Shown piece after piece: positions 24,529-38,635 of a DNA stretch of 64,000 nucleotides. This stretch comes from Selaginella moellendorffii. Taxonomy: Eukaryota > Plantae > Lycopodiophyta. Positions within the stretch are counted from its first letter, which is position 1. Each line of letters starts with the position of its first letter. The stretch lies in NCBI RefSeq assembly GCF_000143415.4, contig NW_003314336.1, forward strand, positions 423,296 through 487,295. Reading direction: 5' to 3'. The notes below the pieces were generated by a model. The model was not told where the DNA came from, searched no databases, and was given only the letters and a program-made list of their open reading frames with translations. The position numbers and the translations under genes were made by a program.

Positions 24529-26913
24529 ATGACAAGGAAGAGGGCAAGGCAAGAGGTTTTTTCCAGGAGTAGCGAGGAGGTTGAGGAGGATGAGCCACGC
24601 TTGTGCGCGCCCCATGTACTTTCGTTTTTGAAGGAAGCATTCGAACGGAAGTATCAAACTGTGAGTGGTCTGGACAATGTGGAGCTCTTGCGCGCTGAGC
24701 TCCAGGAAGTAGGGGAGGATTGGCTGCGTGGGAAGAACAGGATAGCGCCCATGGTGACCATGGTACAGTCGAGTGGCTGGGGAAAGTCGAGGACTACGTG
24801 TGAGCTTGCGACTCGGGGTGTGTTCGTGGTTTACTGCTCCTTCGCCTCGCCCTCCGGCTCCGCGTACCCTCCAAGGTCCGCCATTGCCGATTTCTTCTAC
24901 GACAGCGCTGTCACCTTGCTCAGCTCGGGGCCATTGCTTGTGTCGCAGAGCAGGTTCATGCTCTTTTGCATGGACTACTTCGAATCGTGCATCGACACAG
25001 CCGTGGAGACGAAGTTGGAGCCGGAAGCATTCCTGAAGGAGCTGATGCTTGGAGCCAGAGTCTGGAATATAGTGCGGGACAAGATCAATGGTCGGAAACA
25101 CGACCGGGAGAAGCTGTCTCGGAAGCTGGAGCCGGTTCTCTTGCGCCTGCATGGAAAGGAATCCAACGTTTGGGACGAATGGGAAGACTTGCTGCTACTT
25201 GCGAGAAGGAGAACGAAAATTCGCAACAAACTCAAGGACTTCCCAGCGTCTCCAAGTGGGAAGCTCCAAGTTTTGTTCGTCATGGACGAAGCCCGATGGT
25301 TTGCTCACGGCCATTATGAAGGAGCGACAGGACAAGAGCTACCAGGGTTCTGCCAGACACAGGAGCTGTGGCTGCTATCTTCATCGACACCTGCAGCAGT
25401 ATTATCAAGAGCTTAGCTCCGGGTCCAGAGGCTCATCCCGGCGACCGTGTCGGTGCAGAAGGAGCGGTCGTTGCACATCCTCTCTACTGCATGTTTGCGG
25501 CGCGCTCGCCACCGGAAACAGGCAGCCTTTCGCTCGATCATGTCACAGATTCGGGTCGTCTCTTTGCATACGGCCGTCCGTTGTGGGCAGCAATGTACAA
25601 GGCTTGTGGAAGTCGGGTACAGGTCCTTGCTGTGGAGAAGCTTCTTGGTGGTACTGGAACATCTAACAAGTTTCATCACAATGGAACGATATCGATAGAG
25701 GCCAAGTTGGCTGTGCTGTGCTCCAGGGTGTGCATCGACATTAACCCGCAGGCCAGCATTGTCTCTCGCATGGTTGCCAGCCATTTGCTTACCGTCGAGT
25801 CCATCTCGGACGACCGGGAGCGTGTCTGGACGGATTGGGCCGTGGAGCCAGCAGTTGCAGCGGCCGCAGCTCTTGTTTTGCGGCGACAGCCAATCAACGA
25901 GCCGAAGGCTTCCGGGTGGAAGATTTGTTTGGAAGAGCTTCAGGAAGGGCTCCAGAAAGGTTGGATCGATGCTGGTTGCAAAGCGGAGCTTGTGGCACGA
26001 CTGCTGCTGTTACTTGCAGTGGACAGACTAGAGAAGCATGTGTTTGACTGCTTCACTCTAGAGGAGTTGTGTGGCAGCCTTTGCGGGAAGACGCTACTTT
26101 GCATAGAGGATGTTTCTCAGCGGAAGAGTTGGGAAAAGGTGGCGAAAGCGAAGTTCTTGTGCTTGCAGTTTAAAAGGCTCGACATACCACCAAAAGAGCT
26201 CACGAAGGAGCAAATGTTTGCACTGGGAAAGGCGGGTGTTGGAATCATCTGCCCAAAGGGGGGAGTCGACATGATCTTAGTGGGCTTCACGGGTGACACT
26301 TTCAGCCTGGAAACCATGACACTCGTTCTGCTGAAAGTCAGTCTTTGGGGGCAGCCACTGAAGCTGGATGTAGAATTTGCAAAGTGTTCCAGAGAGTTTT
26401 CCGGGATAGCACCAGAGCTCCAGGTACCATACGCCAGCTTGTTCCTGAATCTTGGCGACATGCCGGGGAGTGTCAGCTTCAGAAGGGGGAAAGCTGTCAA
26501 GGAAGTATTGCTGAATACGAGGCCTGCAAATGCTTCTATGGCGTTGGCGTTGAAAGAAGTTTTCCCACAATGCCGAGGTGTTCGTCTGTGGGAGAAGAAT
26601 AAGGGAGAGTTATTCAAGCAAGGGAATTCTTATGAAGCGTGGAAAGCATATTTCAAAGGTTGCTTTAAGCTTCAAAACGTTGTGGCTATCCAAGGTACGT
26701 TTAAATGTATTTTTATGTTTTTTTTTAATGTGTTTTAATGTTTTTTTTTCAGGTTTAAAGGCATTTTTAGACGCAAAAAGAGTTGAAGATCTTCTCAAAT
26801 TTTCTTTGCGTTCTACCAAGGGAATGAGGATGTTGGAGCAGAGGAGTCAGGAGAGGTGTTCAAAGCGCATGTATTGCTTTGTGGGAAAATGCAAAGTGCG
26901 CAAACTTGTGTAG
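24529..26913 (+). pseudogene. CR (Crinkler/RHS-type) NTPase plus nuclease-fold gene with one frameshift at about 25325; intron 26695-26752
   Basis: Walker A QSSGWGKSR, Walker B LFVMDEA, YGRPLW and WIDAGCKAELVARLLL. ORFs 24523-25416 and 25368-26738 overlap in different frames at a deletion relative to the 57.8-kb copy. Confidence 0.8.
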
Positions 26914-27164
26914 TTTGTTAAAATACTACATTGGCAATTCTAACTAATACTGTTGTGGAAAGAAAATAAAAACAGAAATCTATTGTGCTTAGCAGGAACT
27001 CATACAAGCAGGTGCTCCGGCTGGGAGATCGCTAATGTACGGATGGGTACTTTGTGCCTTGAACCCATATCCAAGAGTACGATCATGGTGGCTGACGGGT
27101 TTGCAGTATGAGTTTGGGTGGCAATATTGAATTGACATCCATGGATCAGTTGCAAAGATCTTGG

Positions 27165-27690
27165 TCAGATTTGCAAGATGGATTCAATGTTTTGGGTGGA
27201 AGTTCCATGGAAACAAACATCAAAACCGTGAATTTTCAGATTTGGGCCAAAACCTTGGAGCAAAACTGGAGGTACAATTCATGGCTGCTGCTGACCCCGC
27301 AAAAACAGATTCGGTAACGCTCTCTCCTCTGAAACTTACTTCACAGCTCGGGCATGACGATCTCCATCAACTCAACCTCCCCTCGGCTCTGATCACAGGG
27401 CCCCGCAAGACTACCCCCTTGAAACACGATTCGTCATCTCAGTTAATCTTGAACATGCGCTTGAAAGTCGATGTGGTATGGACTTCTCGAGGAAATCACA
27501 CACAGATCAAGGGATGAGGAGCTGGATGCCTTGGCAGCCATGATCTCTGATGACAAATCGGAGTTATATTCGTGCCGCTCCATTGTCATAAGATCTGGAA
27601 GACTGAGTTTCTAGTTTTTAAATGTTTGTATAAGCTTGGAAACTTTCACTCGAAATTCCTTTTGAAGGCTTTCTTTAGTAATTCTCTATC
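27165..27690 (+). repeat. Module B copy directly downstream of the CR gene
   Basis: Inverted match to 22220-22745; contains stops and frameshifts. Confidence 0.75.
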
Positions 27691-27799
27691 TCCGCTAAAA
27701 AAATCTCCCTCATAGTGGTCAAGGGTATGGAATGGATGGTTTATTTTTTAAGATTTGTGGCGATGGTGCACTGAAATGGTATGACTTTGGTGTAAGATG

Positions 27800-30520
27800 T
27801 CAATAGTATCTTTAATGTTAGGATAAATGTCCAAATGATGGGAGAGCTTTTCTTTAATCTGGCTTTCTAAATATATCACCACTCAAAGAAGCGAAGAAGA
27901 ATAAGGGCTTTTGTTGGAATTCTTGAGGAATTTGCAATGAGGAGATGAAGATACCAAAGAAGAAGAAGAAGAAAATAATTAAGGCTAGGATTACTTGAGG
28001 GAAATGACTCATAAATGGTAAAAGAGTCATAAGATGATATTTAGGAAGTTGAGGATAAAGTCATGGATGATCGAAATGTATATAATACCTTAAGTTAGCT
28101 TTTATAAATGTTGGAACAACTTAGTGCACTTAAAGAACAAAATGATATTTTTATATAGGGTAGGGACAAGGTGAGCTAGCAGGACATTTTGTAAAGATGG
28201 TCCTAAAGAATATGTAAGGAGATATTATAACACCTTGAGAATAACTATGAAGTTACAATAATAATGACCATGGGATAACAAATCCAGCTGTATGTTAACT
28301 TTATAGAGTTGAATGACATAGTCTTAAATTGTGGACAAGATATATTATAGACCATAGTGATCCATCTCAATCAAAGATTGGGATGATTTTCAAATTAAGA
28401 TTGTTATGAATCTCAATAGATGGCTGAAAGTGCCAACCTTATTAAAATGTCCATAGGTTGGTGCTAGTTAATATCATGGTTACTTATGAATGAGTTCATG
28501 GGAAATGCAAATGTTTGCAAATGCAAATTTTTCACTTTATTTTTCTGGGAAAAAAAACCAAAAAAATAAAAGAACTCTAGTGAGTTTTTGGGAGCAATAG
28601 GTAATGTTTATGCACATTCTATTCCAAGAATATTCTATAGCTCATACATTCTTTTGGGGATGGTAGATGCAAAATATGGCAATAGTAATGATAGCAATGA
28701 CAAGGAGGAAAATACTTTGTGGTCGTGTGGCAAGAATACTAAATTACTAAGGTTCAAAGTGATATTAAGGAGGTTAAGGATTCCATCAATCTCATGAAGG
28801 ATTTTTTATTTTATATGGACTCTTAAGGGTTAAATAAATCTTGTGTTTATGATTACCATTGATACATCAAACATGCCAAAGATCATAGTATTGTGAAATG
28901 GAAGTCATCACTAGATATTTGTAAGAGCCAAGAAATTGATTGTTGGTTGAAAATGTGGGAAAGTTCTTAGTCTCATAACTCTTCTAGGACAAAGTGAAAA
29001 TTGATTTTTTGTGACCAAGCTTATAGGTCATGCTTTTTTGTGATGAAAGAACTTCATCAAAGCTAATCTAAAGCCAACTTTAATTTAACAAAAGTTTTCC
29101 ATGTTTTGTTCGTCAAAAATTGAAGAGGTTGATCTCATGAACTAACTACTTAAGATCAAGCAAGAGGCTTTATCTTTAGATATGTATGCTTGCATGTTCT
29201 ATAATCTTTGTTTAATCTCATGAGCACCTCTCATGAACTGTTAAAGGTGTGATATTTCATTAAAGGATTGAGCTTAATGAATGTGCAATAGAAGGTCAAG
29301 AATAAATTTCTTGCAATATTGATCACTAAGGCTTAAATCTTTTTGCCTAAACTACTACTCAACTTGGTCAATATTGGTCAATGAGATGGTCTATAAAGCA
29401 GTCAATATGATGATCAGCTAACAAATGCATCATATTCAAGGAAGAAACAACTATTGTTTCATTGTGGTTCAAAGAATAGAGATGGTAATATGGCTAAAAA
29501 ACTTAATTCAGACCAACAGGAGAAAAAAAAAGTAAAAGGCAATTATTTTCATTGCTACATAGTTAGATATCAAAGCAAGGATTAGATTCTTGTGAAGGGG
29601 TCAAAAAATGTTAAAAGTGAATATGGAAAAATCCATCATGTATATAACTCAAATATTTGTTATGGTGGCTATTCCATATCTCATATCAAAGGTTCAAAAA
29701 CTAAAGTCTTGAGTTTGTATTAACTCTACAAAGCTCAATAGTTCTATATGCAATCAACTTGTGAAGGCCAAGGGGAACATTTAGGGTATTGTGGTTATAA
29801 TGCGCTTAGTATTTTTTTTCAATCTAGGTGCTATACAGAACTTTTTGAGTTCTAAGGTGACTTGGTTTGTTTGTGAAAAAATAATCTATGAAGTAGTTAT
29901 GACAGATGGATATAACACATATGTTTAAGGTGGATAGGCTTTGAGTGTTTCTTTAATAGTTCAAGTGATTCATAACTATCCTTTGTTCTAGGTTATGGAT
30001 TTTAGTAGCACAGATGTTCCTCTTGGGAAGGAATAGTTTTATGATAGGAAGCCAAAAATTTATTGAGAGTTTAATGTTTTACATATTGAAATTCATAGCA
30101 CTGTAAAAGAGATTGTCAAGACTAACAATAGTGATACTTCATTGATTAACACTCTAGAGTTGGTAAAGTGCATGCATGAGATAGCTAATTCTTTCATGGT
30201 GTACTCGATATAATCATGTCTAATTTGGAGTACGTTTGTGGGTATGGGGCTTGTATGAACTACATTCAAAAGGAGTTTTGTGATGTATTTCTAAATGAGT
30301 TAATTGATAGTTTGCCCCTAAAACATGGGATTGAGTATGAGATTGATTTGGTTCCTAAAGTTACTTCTTATTATCAACAACCAACTTGTAGTAGTCCCGC
30401 TAATGATGAGGAGATCAATAAATATCTTGTTAAGTACCTTTGAAAGGGGTGGTTACAAATAAGTAAATCTTTTTTAGTTGCTCTAGTGGTGATCATCAAG
30501 AAGAAAAATTGTACATCATA
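27800..30520 (+). mobile_element. Heavily decayed Ty3/gypsy gag-protease-RT start
   Basis: Zinc-knuckle remnant CFHCG at about 29455, protease-like remnant at about 29820, and RT start LPLKHGIEYEIDLVP...KGWLQIS...VVIIKKK at 30300-30510. Confidence 0.6.
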
Positions 30521-30779
30521 TCTCTCACTCCTAGAGGAAAACCAACTATAGTGCTCCTAGCTTAAGTGAAGTGATTCCCTATTTAAGTACCATGAAGTTC
30601 ATTGGTCCTTGCCCCTTCCTAGGGGCTTGAGCTTTCCCTTTGGGATAGAGGTGACCCTATAACTAACCATTTCCCAAATTCAAAAATGCATCAAAGGCTT
30701 AGGATTTAGAATGAACAAGTCTTCTAGAAAAAATAACACTATGGCATAATGGTCCATCTCACATATACCCCCCCCCCCC

Positions 30780-33560
30780 CGAAATCTTTCAATAATACTC
30801 AGTTATAGAGATAACATATCATCAAAGAAAAAATCACCATATCCAAAATGCAATAAAATCTAACACCATGGACTACTAAATGCAACTAAATAACATTATC
30901 AAAGGTGGAATTGACATGCCAACATGAAAACCATGCAAGGCCAATGGCACAATCCTCCACAACACCACCTGCTAAAGCAAGTTTACCACTGCAAATCCTC
31001 ATTAAGCTAAGTAAAGTGTTAACAATCCTTAGCGAAGTTTACAAAAATCATTAGTTGCAAAACAACTAACAATCATTCTCATAAGACCTAAAACACCACA
31101 CTCATATCATTGAGTTGCATACTTCTCCAATAGAAAGGTAATACTCCATGTACAACATATAGAAACATGGACAACCCCTTGAATCCAATTGTACAACAAA
31201 CAAGCTCACTAATGTATATAGCCAATATAATTAAAGAGATTAACTATACATGATCAATACTTAGCTAAAACTAAAGTGAAGACTATGATATGGGCTCATT
31301 TTGTACACAACGTTTTAAGATACAAAGCTATAATATGGGTACCAACACCTTAACCATAAACAACTATGTTGGATATCACCATCCTTAACTAAGGCATAAG
31401 ATCACTAAGACCAAATTAAAATCAATAAGAGCTCATTACTTTTATAGAGTTTAACGAAATGTAAAATGCAACCTACTACCAAGTATAACACTATAGAAAA
31501 AAGGCACAAGGATCACTTTTATAGAAAAGTGTAATGACCATTTTTCTACTCCAACTTTAGACTTTATCCAACTCAATTACTTTAACCCCAAAAGTTAACA
31601 TTCCTTTTGGGGTGCATTGTATAAACTATATACTAAGGTTTAAACTAACCAAGTTAATTCTTCGCTAATTTATAATGGTGCATGAATGAAATGGTTTTAG
31701 GCATAATGATCAATAGATCAACAATTGGAAAAGCATAAAAACATTTGTAGAAAATTTCCATCCTAAAAAAAGAATAACTCTTAATCTAGAAATGTAAATT
31801 CTCAAGACTCTACCAACCTTTTTTTAACTACAATTTCATAGAGGTTCACTTTAACACAATTCTTATGACCCAATAAAATGTATAAACGTTCAGATATCAT
31901 ACCCATATATCTAACATTTGACAATGATATTCGCAAATGCTAATAAATACCTAAAATTCAATCACAAAAATCACTCTTCTTTAATCATTTTCAAGATCCA
32001 ATATGAAAAAAAAACACTAATATGAAGCTAAAACACTAACAAAAAAAATGATATCAAAATTCAAGCTCTCTTTATCAATTGATATAACAATGCCACTTTC
32101 ACTTACATTAGTGTTAGCAATGTCAATGCTTCAACCACACACCTTCTTCATCTAGTAGTTTACTCTAAATGTTAATAGATAAATCCACAAGCTATAGCAA
32201 ATGAATGCTACAACTTCTCCAAAACTTTAATAGGCAAACCCTCAAGGAACTAAAATACCATCACTAGTTTAACATAATAGATCATCTTTGAGAACTCAAT
32301 TAGAACTCATATACTGCTACTACATACAAGTAAATTGGCATCACTATCAACCACTTTGGGTTGATTATCATTTGATCAATCAATTTTGTAAATATATTAC
32401 TCACAATCATATGGATATAATATAAAATCATAATAACTTGATTATCAATTAAACACTACAAGCATCACCCATATTCAAATGTATTGTGCCCATTAAAGTC
32501 TGGTAGCACCAATTAGTTAGAAGAGTGAATGTGAGTATTAAATGTCAACTCTATTTGACAAAATGCAATATCATCAATAGAGATTTACCATACTTAATAC
32601 TACTAATTTTATTCATAATAAAGATAAGCTCATGCTACTCTCTTTCTAAGCTACTCAAGGAGCAATAGCAAAATTCAGAGGAAAAGTATTGAGTATTGCA
32701 ATATAAACTTTTCAATAGCAAACTTAGGCAAAATGGTTTAGTATTTCACAACTATCCATCCTGCGACTCACTATTTATAAGACCATCATAACTAGCATGT
32801 ATTGAAATAAGGGCTCTCGATTATATGATGCAAACACAAGCAATAAGACCACACCTTATTGCTAATCGTCTCTTGAAAAAGAAAAAATAATTTATATGTT
32901 TGATCTTTTGTCCTTGATGACTTTTTTTTCAATTTCAACTTTGATTAGACCTCAAATTTGCATTTGCATTGCCTTTAGTCTAATCCAAGAAGAGTTTTTG
33001 AAAGAGAGAGCATGAAAATGACTACTTGAACTAATAAAATAATCCCTATAGTCTTAATTGATCCACTAGTGCCATGCTAAATAGCTATAAACCAGCATAT
33101 TTGCCACTCATAGCAAATTTAGGGGAGGTTTATTTTTACTCACAATAATATGGAATAACTCATGTAACCAATGATAAGCTAACATTAATCTTGCTAACTC
33201 AAAGTATAACTTTAAACTGCTAATATGCCTCACTCACAAGCCCAAGCACAAACTTATGCAAATGGTGCATCTTAACCCATCCTATGAGAACAAGCAAAAG
33301 CTCATATTACATGGTACAAATTGGTAATTAAAATTTATTTCACCCTTTACTCTATGGTGTTTTAACAAAGTGGAACCTAAACCCTTGAACACGTAAGCCA
33401 AGGGTAGTGGAGTGAAACCCAAGTCAAGGCCTTCGGCTACTAAACAAAAAGATAGAGCCGAACTCCTAAACAAATAGCCAAGGAGCAAAGGAACCAAAGC
33501 ACAAATGACTCCCAAGCATGTACCCAAAGAATGAAGTGATAGAAATGATAGTGAGGGTGT
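30780..33560 (-). mobile_element. Internal region of an older antisense copy of the 33566-41297 family; its 5' LTR remnant is at about 41303-41659
   Basis: The reverse complement aligns with 34720-37450 along its length. The reverse complement of 41420-41659 begins tgttgcaaatatga, like the LTR start. Confidence 0.78.
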
Positions 33561-36500
33561 TTTGGTGTCGCAAATGTAATTTCAGGTATCGAAAGTTATT
33601 TATCAGCCAATCCTTACGGACACTCTTTCCTTACTGTGGTCAGTATTGCTAGACCTTTATTAGTCCCTCTTGTTCATATGTTAATAAACTAGGCTTAGCA
33701 TCTGTATTTGGCCGGATGAGTATAAAGAAGGAATTCCTAAGTGTTTATTTAGCTGAGCATATTTGGCCTAGTTTGTTAGTTCTCTTTTGCTCTGTTTTGC
33801 ACTGGCTTGACAAGAACCCTCGCATATTAAGACTACTCCCTCAATATCGTTAGATGGTAGTTTACCATATCTGCTAAACACCCTCGCTATCATGCCCTTT
33901 GTGTTTGTCTCATTCTGGTCCCAAATGCTATTTATGGAAAGTGTCTAGATTTGCTCATTTGGCATATCTACTGAATGTAGAGATTGTCCTGAACACAATG
34001 GTATTTGTTTCGTGTCCAAATTCGCAATCTAAGGACATTCCATATTTAGTAAGTTTTGAGCCCAAAGCATGTGTTCCTTAACGGGGGGATATGGGGGGTT
34101 CTAAATGTATGGTAGGGATAGTGGGTAAATTAGGGATGGTTGACCAACCTAAGGCATAGTCTAGCTGCCACTTGCATGCTGTCTTTGTTCTGCATCTGGC
34201 TTGGTTCTAAGCCTAAGCTCCACACTATGTTAGCTAGTGGGGTACTTATATCCTTGCGTTAGGCCACCAGTATGCTAAAATAGCACCAAACTCCATTTGG
34301 CTTCGTTTTGCGTGTTAGTTTTGGCATTGGGATGCTTGATGCTTTAGGACTGTTCCAAGTCATTCCATGCTTTTGTCCCTTCGCTTCTTGGGCTATATGC
34401 TCGGGAATCATTCCGTGCTCTAGTGCCATCACTCCTTGGCTCCATGCTAGGAGTTTGGTACCATTTCTTCATTCAGTGGCCCAAGGCCTTGAAACTCGGG
34501 TTCCACACCACTGTCCTTTGGACACGTGGTATTTATCACATGGCACAAAGAGAGTTTAGATTCTGCTTCATGGTTATTCTATGGTAAATCACCATAGGAT
34601 AAAAAGGAAAAACCACGTGCGCTACATTTGGTATCAGAGGATACATCTCAACAAGTACTATTCAATGAGATTGGGCAACTAGTCTCGTTGCATACGTAGA
34701 GATGAAATGATGATCCGAGTGGGTACATGTTTGGGTGCAAAAGCTTCGCATTCGTTCCTTAGGTATGGATTTTGTTACCTTTTTGTACCATATTATGTGA
34801 GTTTGCTCTTGGGCTCATAAAATGGACTGAGTTGTTTCGTTTGCACAAGTTTGTGCTTGGGTATATGAGTGAGGCACATTTGCACAAGTTTGTGCTTGGG
34901 CTTGTGAGTGTGGCACGTTAGCAACTCAAGGTTATGCTTTGAGTTGGCAGGATTAATGTTAACCTATTAGTGGTTCCATGAGTTATTCTATGTACCATGG
35001 GTAAAAGTAACCCTCCCCTGGATTTGCTATGAGTGGCAAATAAGCTAGTCCATAGCTGTTTAGTATGGCACTAGTGGATCCTTCTTAGGCATGATTATGA
35101 GTGGATCAATCAAAATTATAGGGATTAATCTATTGGTTCAAGTAGTTATTGCCGTGTTCTCTCATAAACTTTTCTTGGATTGGACTAAAAGTAGTGGGAA
35201 AGCAAGCTTGAGCTTTAGTCAAAGATGAGACTAAAAAGAGAGTTATTAGGGATGAAGGATTAAACACATAAATCATTTTCTCCTTTGAGAAATGATTTGT
35301 AACGAGGTGTGACTCATTGCTTATGTTCACATTATGTAATCAAGAGTTCCTATCTTGGTGCATGTTGGTTATGATGGCCTTTGAAATGGTGAGTTATGGG
35401 ATGGACAGCAGTGAAGCGCTAAACCATTTTGTCTAGGCTTGCTATTGGAAAATTTGGGTTACAATGCTCAATTCTTTTCCGAGGAATTTTGCTATTGCTC
35501 CTTGAGTAGCTTGGTATTGGATTAATTTTAAGTTTAATCGAAAAAAGAGTGATATGAGCTTGTCCATGTTGTGAACAAAAGTTAGTGGTATTAGGTGTTG
35601 TAAGTTTTTATCGGTGGAGTGTGGCATTTATGTTGCATTTTGTTGAATAGAGTTGGTATTTGATACTCACATAAATGTTTGAAATAATGACATAGGTGTT
35701 GCTCGTGGTGTTGCTCAATTGATGATCAAGTCATTGTGATACTTATATCATATCCATGTGGTCGTGAGCAATGTGTTTATGAAGTTGCTTGGTTAAACGA
35801 TGATCAACCCCAAAGTGGTTGATGGTGAAGCTAATCTACTTGCATGAAATAGCATTGTAGTAGCTTTGATTGGATTCTCAATGATGATCCATTATGCTAA
35901 GCTTAAGTTAGTATTTATTTCCTTGAGTTTGTCTATTGTAGTGTTGAGAAAAGGTTATAGCATTCACTTGCTATGGCTTGTCAGTTGATCTGTTAGCATT
36001 TAGAGTAAATTGTTGGATGGAGAAGGTGTGTAATTGAGATATTAACATTACTAGCACTTATGTTAGTGGAAGTGGCATTATTTTTTCGAATGATGAAGAA
36101 TTTTTCCTTAGAGCTTGATTTTTCATGTCATTTTTTTTGTTAGTGTTTTTGTTTCACATTGGATCTTGAAGGTGGTTGAAGAAAAGTGTTAGTGCGACGT
36201 GGATATCCGAAGATATGGTTTTTGTGATCAAACTTTGGATGTTCATTTTGCATTTTGTGGATGTTGGTGTTTGATGTCGGATATATAGGCAAAGATATTC
36301 GATGCTTAGACATATTGTTGGTTATGAGAATTTGTGTAGAGGTGAACCTATATGAAGTTAGTAGGAAGAAGTTGGTTGAGTCTTGAAAGTTTGCATTCCT
36401 GGACTGAGAGTTATTCTTTCTCTAAGATGGAAAAATTTTCACAAATTTTCTTAAAAAATTTCCAATGGCTGATTTATTGATCACTTTGCTCAAAAACCAT

Positions 36501-38076
36501 TCCATTTTCATAAACCAGTACAAACTAGTGAAGGGGTTAGAGTTGACTTTGGTTAGCCTAAACCTTAGTAGATAATTTGTATGATGCGGCCCGAAAGGGA
36601 TGTTAACTTTTGGGAGTAAAGCAATTGAGTTGGATAAAGTCTAGAGTTGGTGTAGAAAAGTGGCTGTTCCGCTTTTCTAAGAAGGATGACCTTGTGCCTT
36701 TCTTCTGTAGCGTTATGCTTGGTAGTAGGTTGCACCTTGCATTTCGTTAAACTCTATAAGAGTAGTAAGCTCTCACTGATTTTGACTTAGTCTTAGTAGC
36801 CCTGTGCCTTGGCTGAGGATGATGATGTCCAACTTAGTTGTTTAATGTTAAGATGTTGGTACCTATACTATAACTTTGTCTATAAGGAGGTTGTGTACCA
36901 ATATGAATCCATTTCATGGTCTTCACTTTAGTTTCGACTGAGTGTTGATCATGCATAGTTAGCCTTTTCAAGGCATGCTCAAAGCTATTGGCTAAACTTA
37001 TTAGTGAGTTTACTACGGTTGAGTTGGATTCGAGTAGTCATTTAGTTCGTGCTTGTTTATAAACCTTTTTCTCGTGCCTGGGGTATTATGTTAATATTGG
37101 ACAAGTATATAACTCGATGGCATAAGTTTAGTGTTTGGGTCTTATAAAGGAAAATTGAAGAGTGGTTGTTGGTTGCTTTATAATTAGTGAGTGTTTATAG
37201 ACTTTGTTAAAGACTGTTGACACTTACTTTGCTCAATGAAGATTTATCGGTGATGGGCTTGCTTTACTGGGTGGTGTTGCAGAGGATCATATTGTGGTTT
37301 GCATGGTTTTTCTATGTTAGGATGTAGATTCCTTTGTCGATATAATTTGGTTTCATTTAGTCCGTGGTGTTGGATTTTATGGAGTCTTGGACATGGTGAA
37401 TCATTCCTTGATGATATGTTATCTGTAGCTGAGTAATGTTGAAGAATTGGTCTCGGATACTGACTAAGGTATCTTTGACTTGGGTTAATTTGGTTGCTAA
37501 AGAGCTTTGAGTGGTGATTCACTCATGTTTTTTCTAGCTTTGTTATGGTGTTGATGGCATTAAAATGATGCTTTATCGTTGATATTGTTAATATTGAGAT
37601 TTGAGTGAAATGAAATGTTTCTCCGAAAGATTTAATTCAAGTTTCGTCTCGATGAAGATAGTGTTGATGATTTGGCTATAACTTTGTGTTATTGGCATGT
37701 GTGCATTTGCTAGTTAGCAATTGTATTGACGTTCAAATGAACTGAGTGACAAGTTGAGTTAGTTGTGTTCTAGATGAAATTGCTTAGGAAGGGTTGAGCT
37801 TTAGCTTTTCCTTGAAAAGTGATTTAATCGTGAATTATGCTAACTTTACGAGAGGAAGAGTTAGTGATCAATATTGAAGATGTTGAATTTTTTATATTGA
37901 TCATTGATGATTCTTTTTATACTTGTTATGAAGTGAGTTACGTCTTGCTATAGATGGATTCATAGAGGATCATTTGGTGATCACTTGTTGAGCATAACTT
38001 CGTTATATTTAACTTTTAGGTTGATGTAGATATGCTCTTCATTATCTTTGCATTATAAAATTTAACTTATGGATGT

Positions 38077-38635
38077 TGTAAGCTCCTGAGTTTGGACTTC
38101 CCAGGAGGTCACCCAGCCCAGTACTATTCAAACCCAAGGACGCTTAACCCCAAGTATCCCAAGACCCTTAACCGATTGGAAAAGGGGGTGCACTCTTATT
38201 CATGGGCCCTTTCCCTTTATATTTGAACCCCATGGACCCCACCACGCTTCTCTGCAAGTTCACGCCCTCGTGAATGGAAGTTGAGAGCCGTAGCTCTCTC
38301 GAGAGCCCCGCTCTCTTGACACCCTACCCCTCGGGTCGAGCCCAGCGGGAGCAAACTGGACCAGCCAGATGTCAATCAACATGTGGTGCGATTCCCTTAG
38401 CCAACCAACAGAGTCGGACTCGAGACCCCTCTGATACCAAATGTAAGCTCCTAAGTTTGGACTTCCCAGGAGGTCACCCAGCCCAGTACTATTCAAACCC
38501 AAGGACGCTTAACCCCAAGTATCCCAAGACCCTTAACCGATTGGAAAAGGGGGTGCACTCTTATTCATGGGCCCTTTCCCTTTATATTTGAACCCCATGG
38601 ACCGTCTCTCGAGTCGTTCTCTTTGGTTGCTTACA
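38077..38635 (-). mobile_element. Young Cassandra TRIM; LTRs 38442-38635 (complete) and 38077-about 38238 (partly deleted)
   Basis: TGTAAGC...GCTTACA termini, tRNA-Met PBS at 38429-38439, TSD GATGT on both sides, and a 5S-rRNA-like core in each LTR. Confidence 0.93.
38459..38513 (-). promoter_or_regulatory. 5S rRNA-derived Pol III internal promoter region (A box to C box) within the Cassandra LTR; twin at 38094-38148
   Basis: GTTAAGCGTCCTTGGGTTTGAATAGTACTGGGCTGGGTGACCTCCTGGGAAGTCC compared with plant 5S GTTAAGCGTGCTTGGGCGAGAGTAGTACTAGGATGGGTGACCTCCTGGGAAGTCC. Confidence 0.88.

Noticed and set aside
38094-38513. 5S rRNA genes
   Set aside because: Only the central 55 nt or so match 5S, and they sit inside TG...CA LTRs with PBS and TSD. 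They are Cassandra LTRs, not rDNA.
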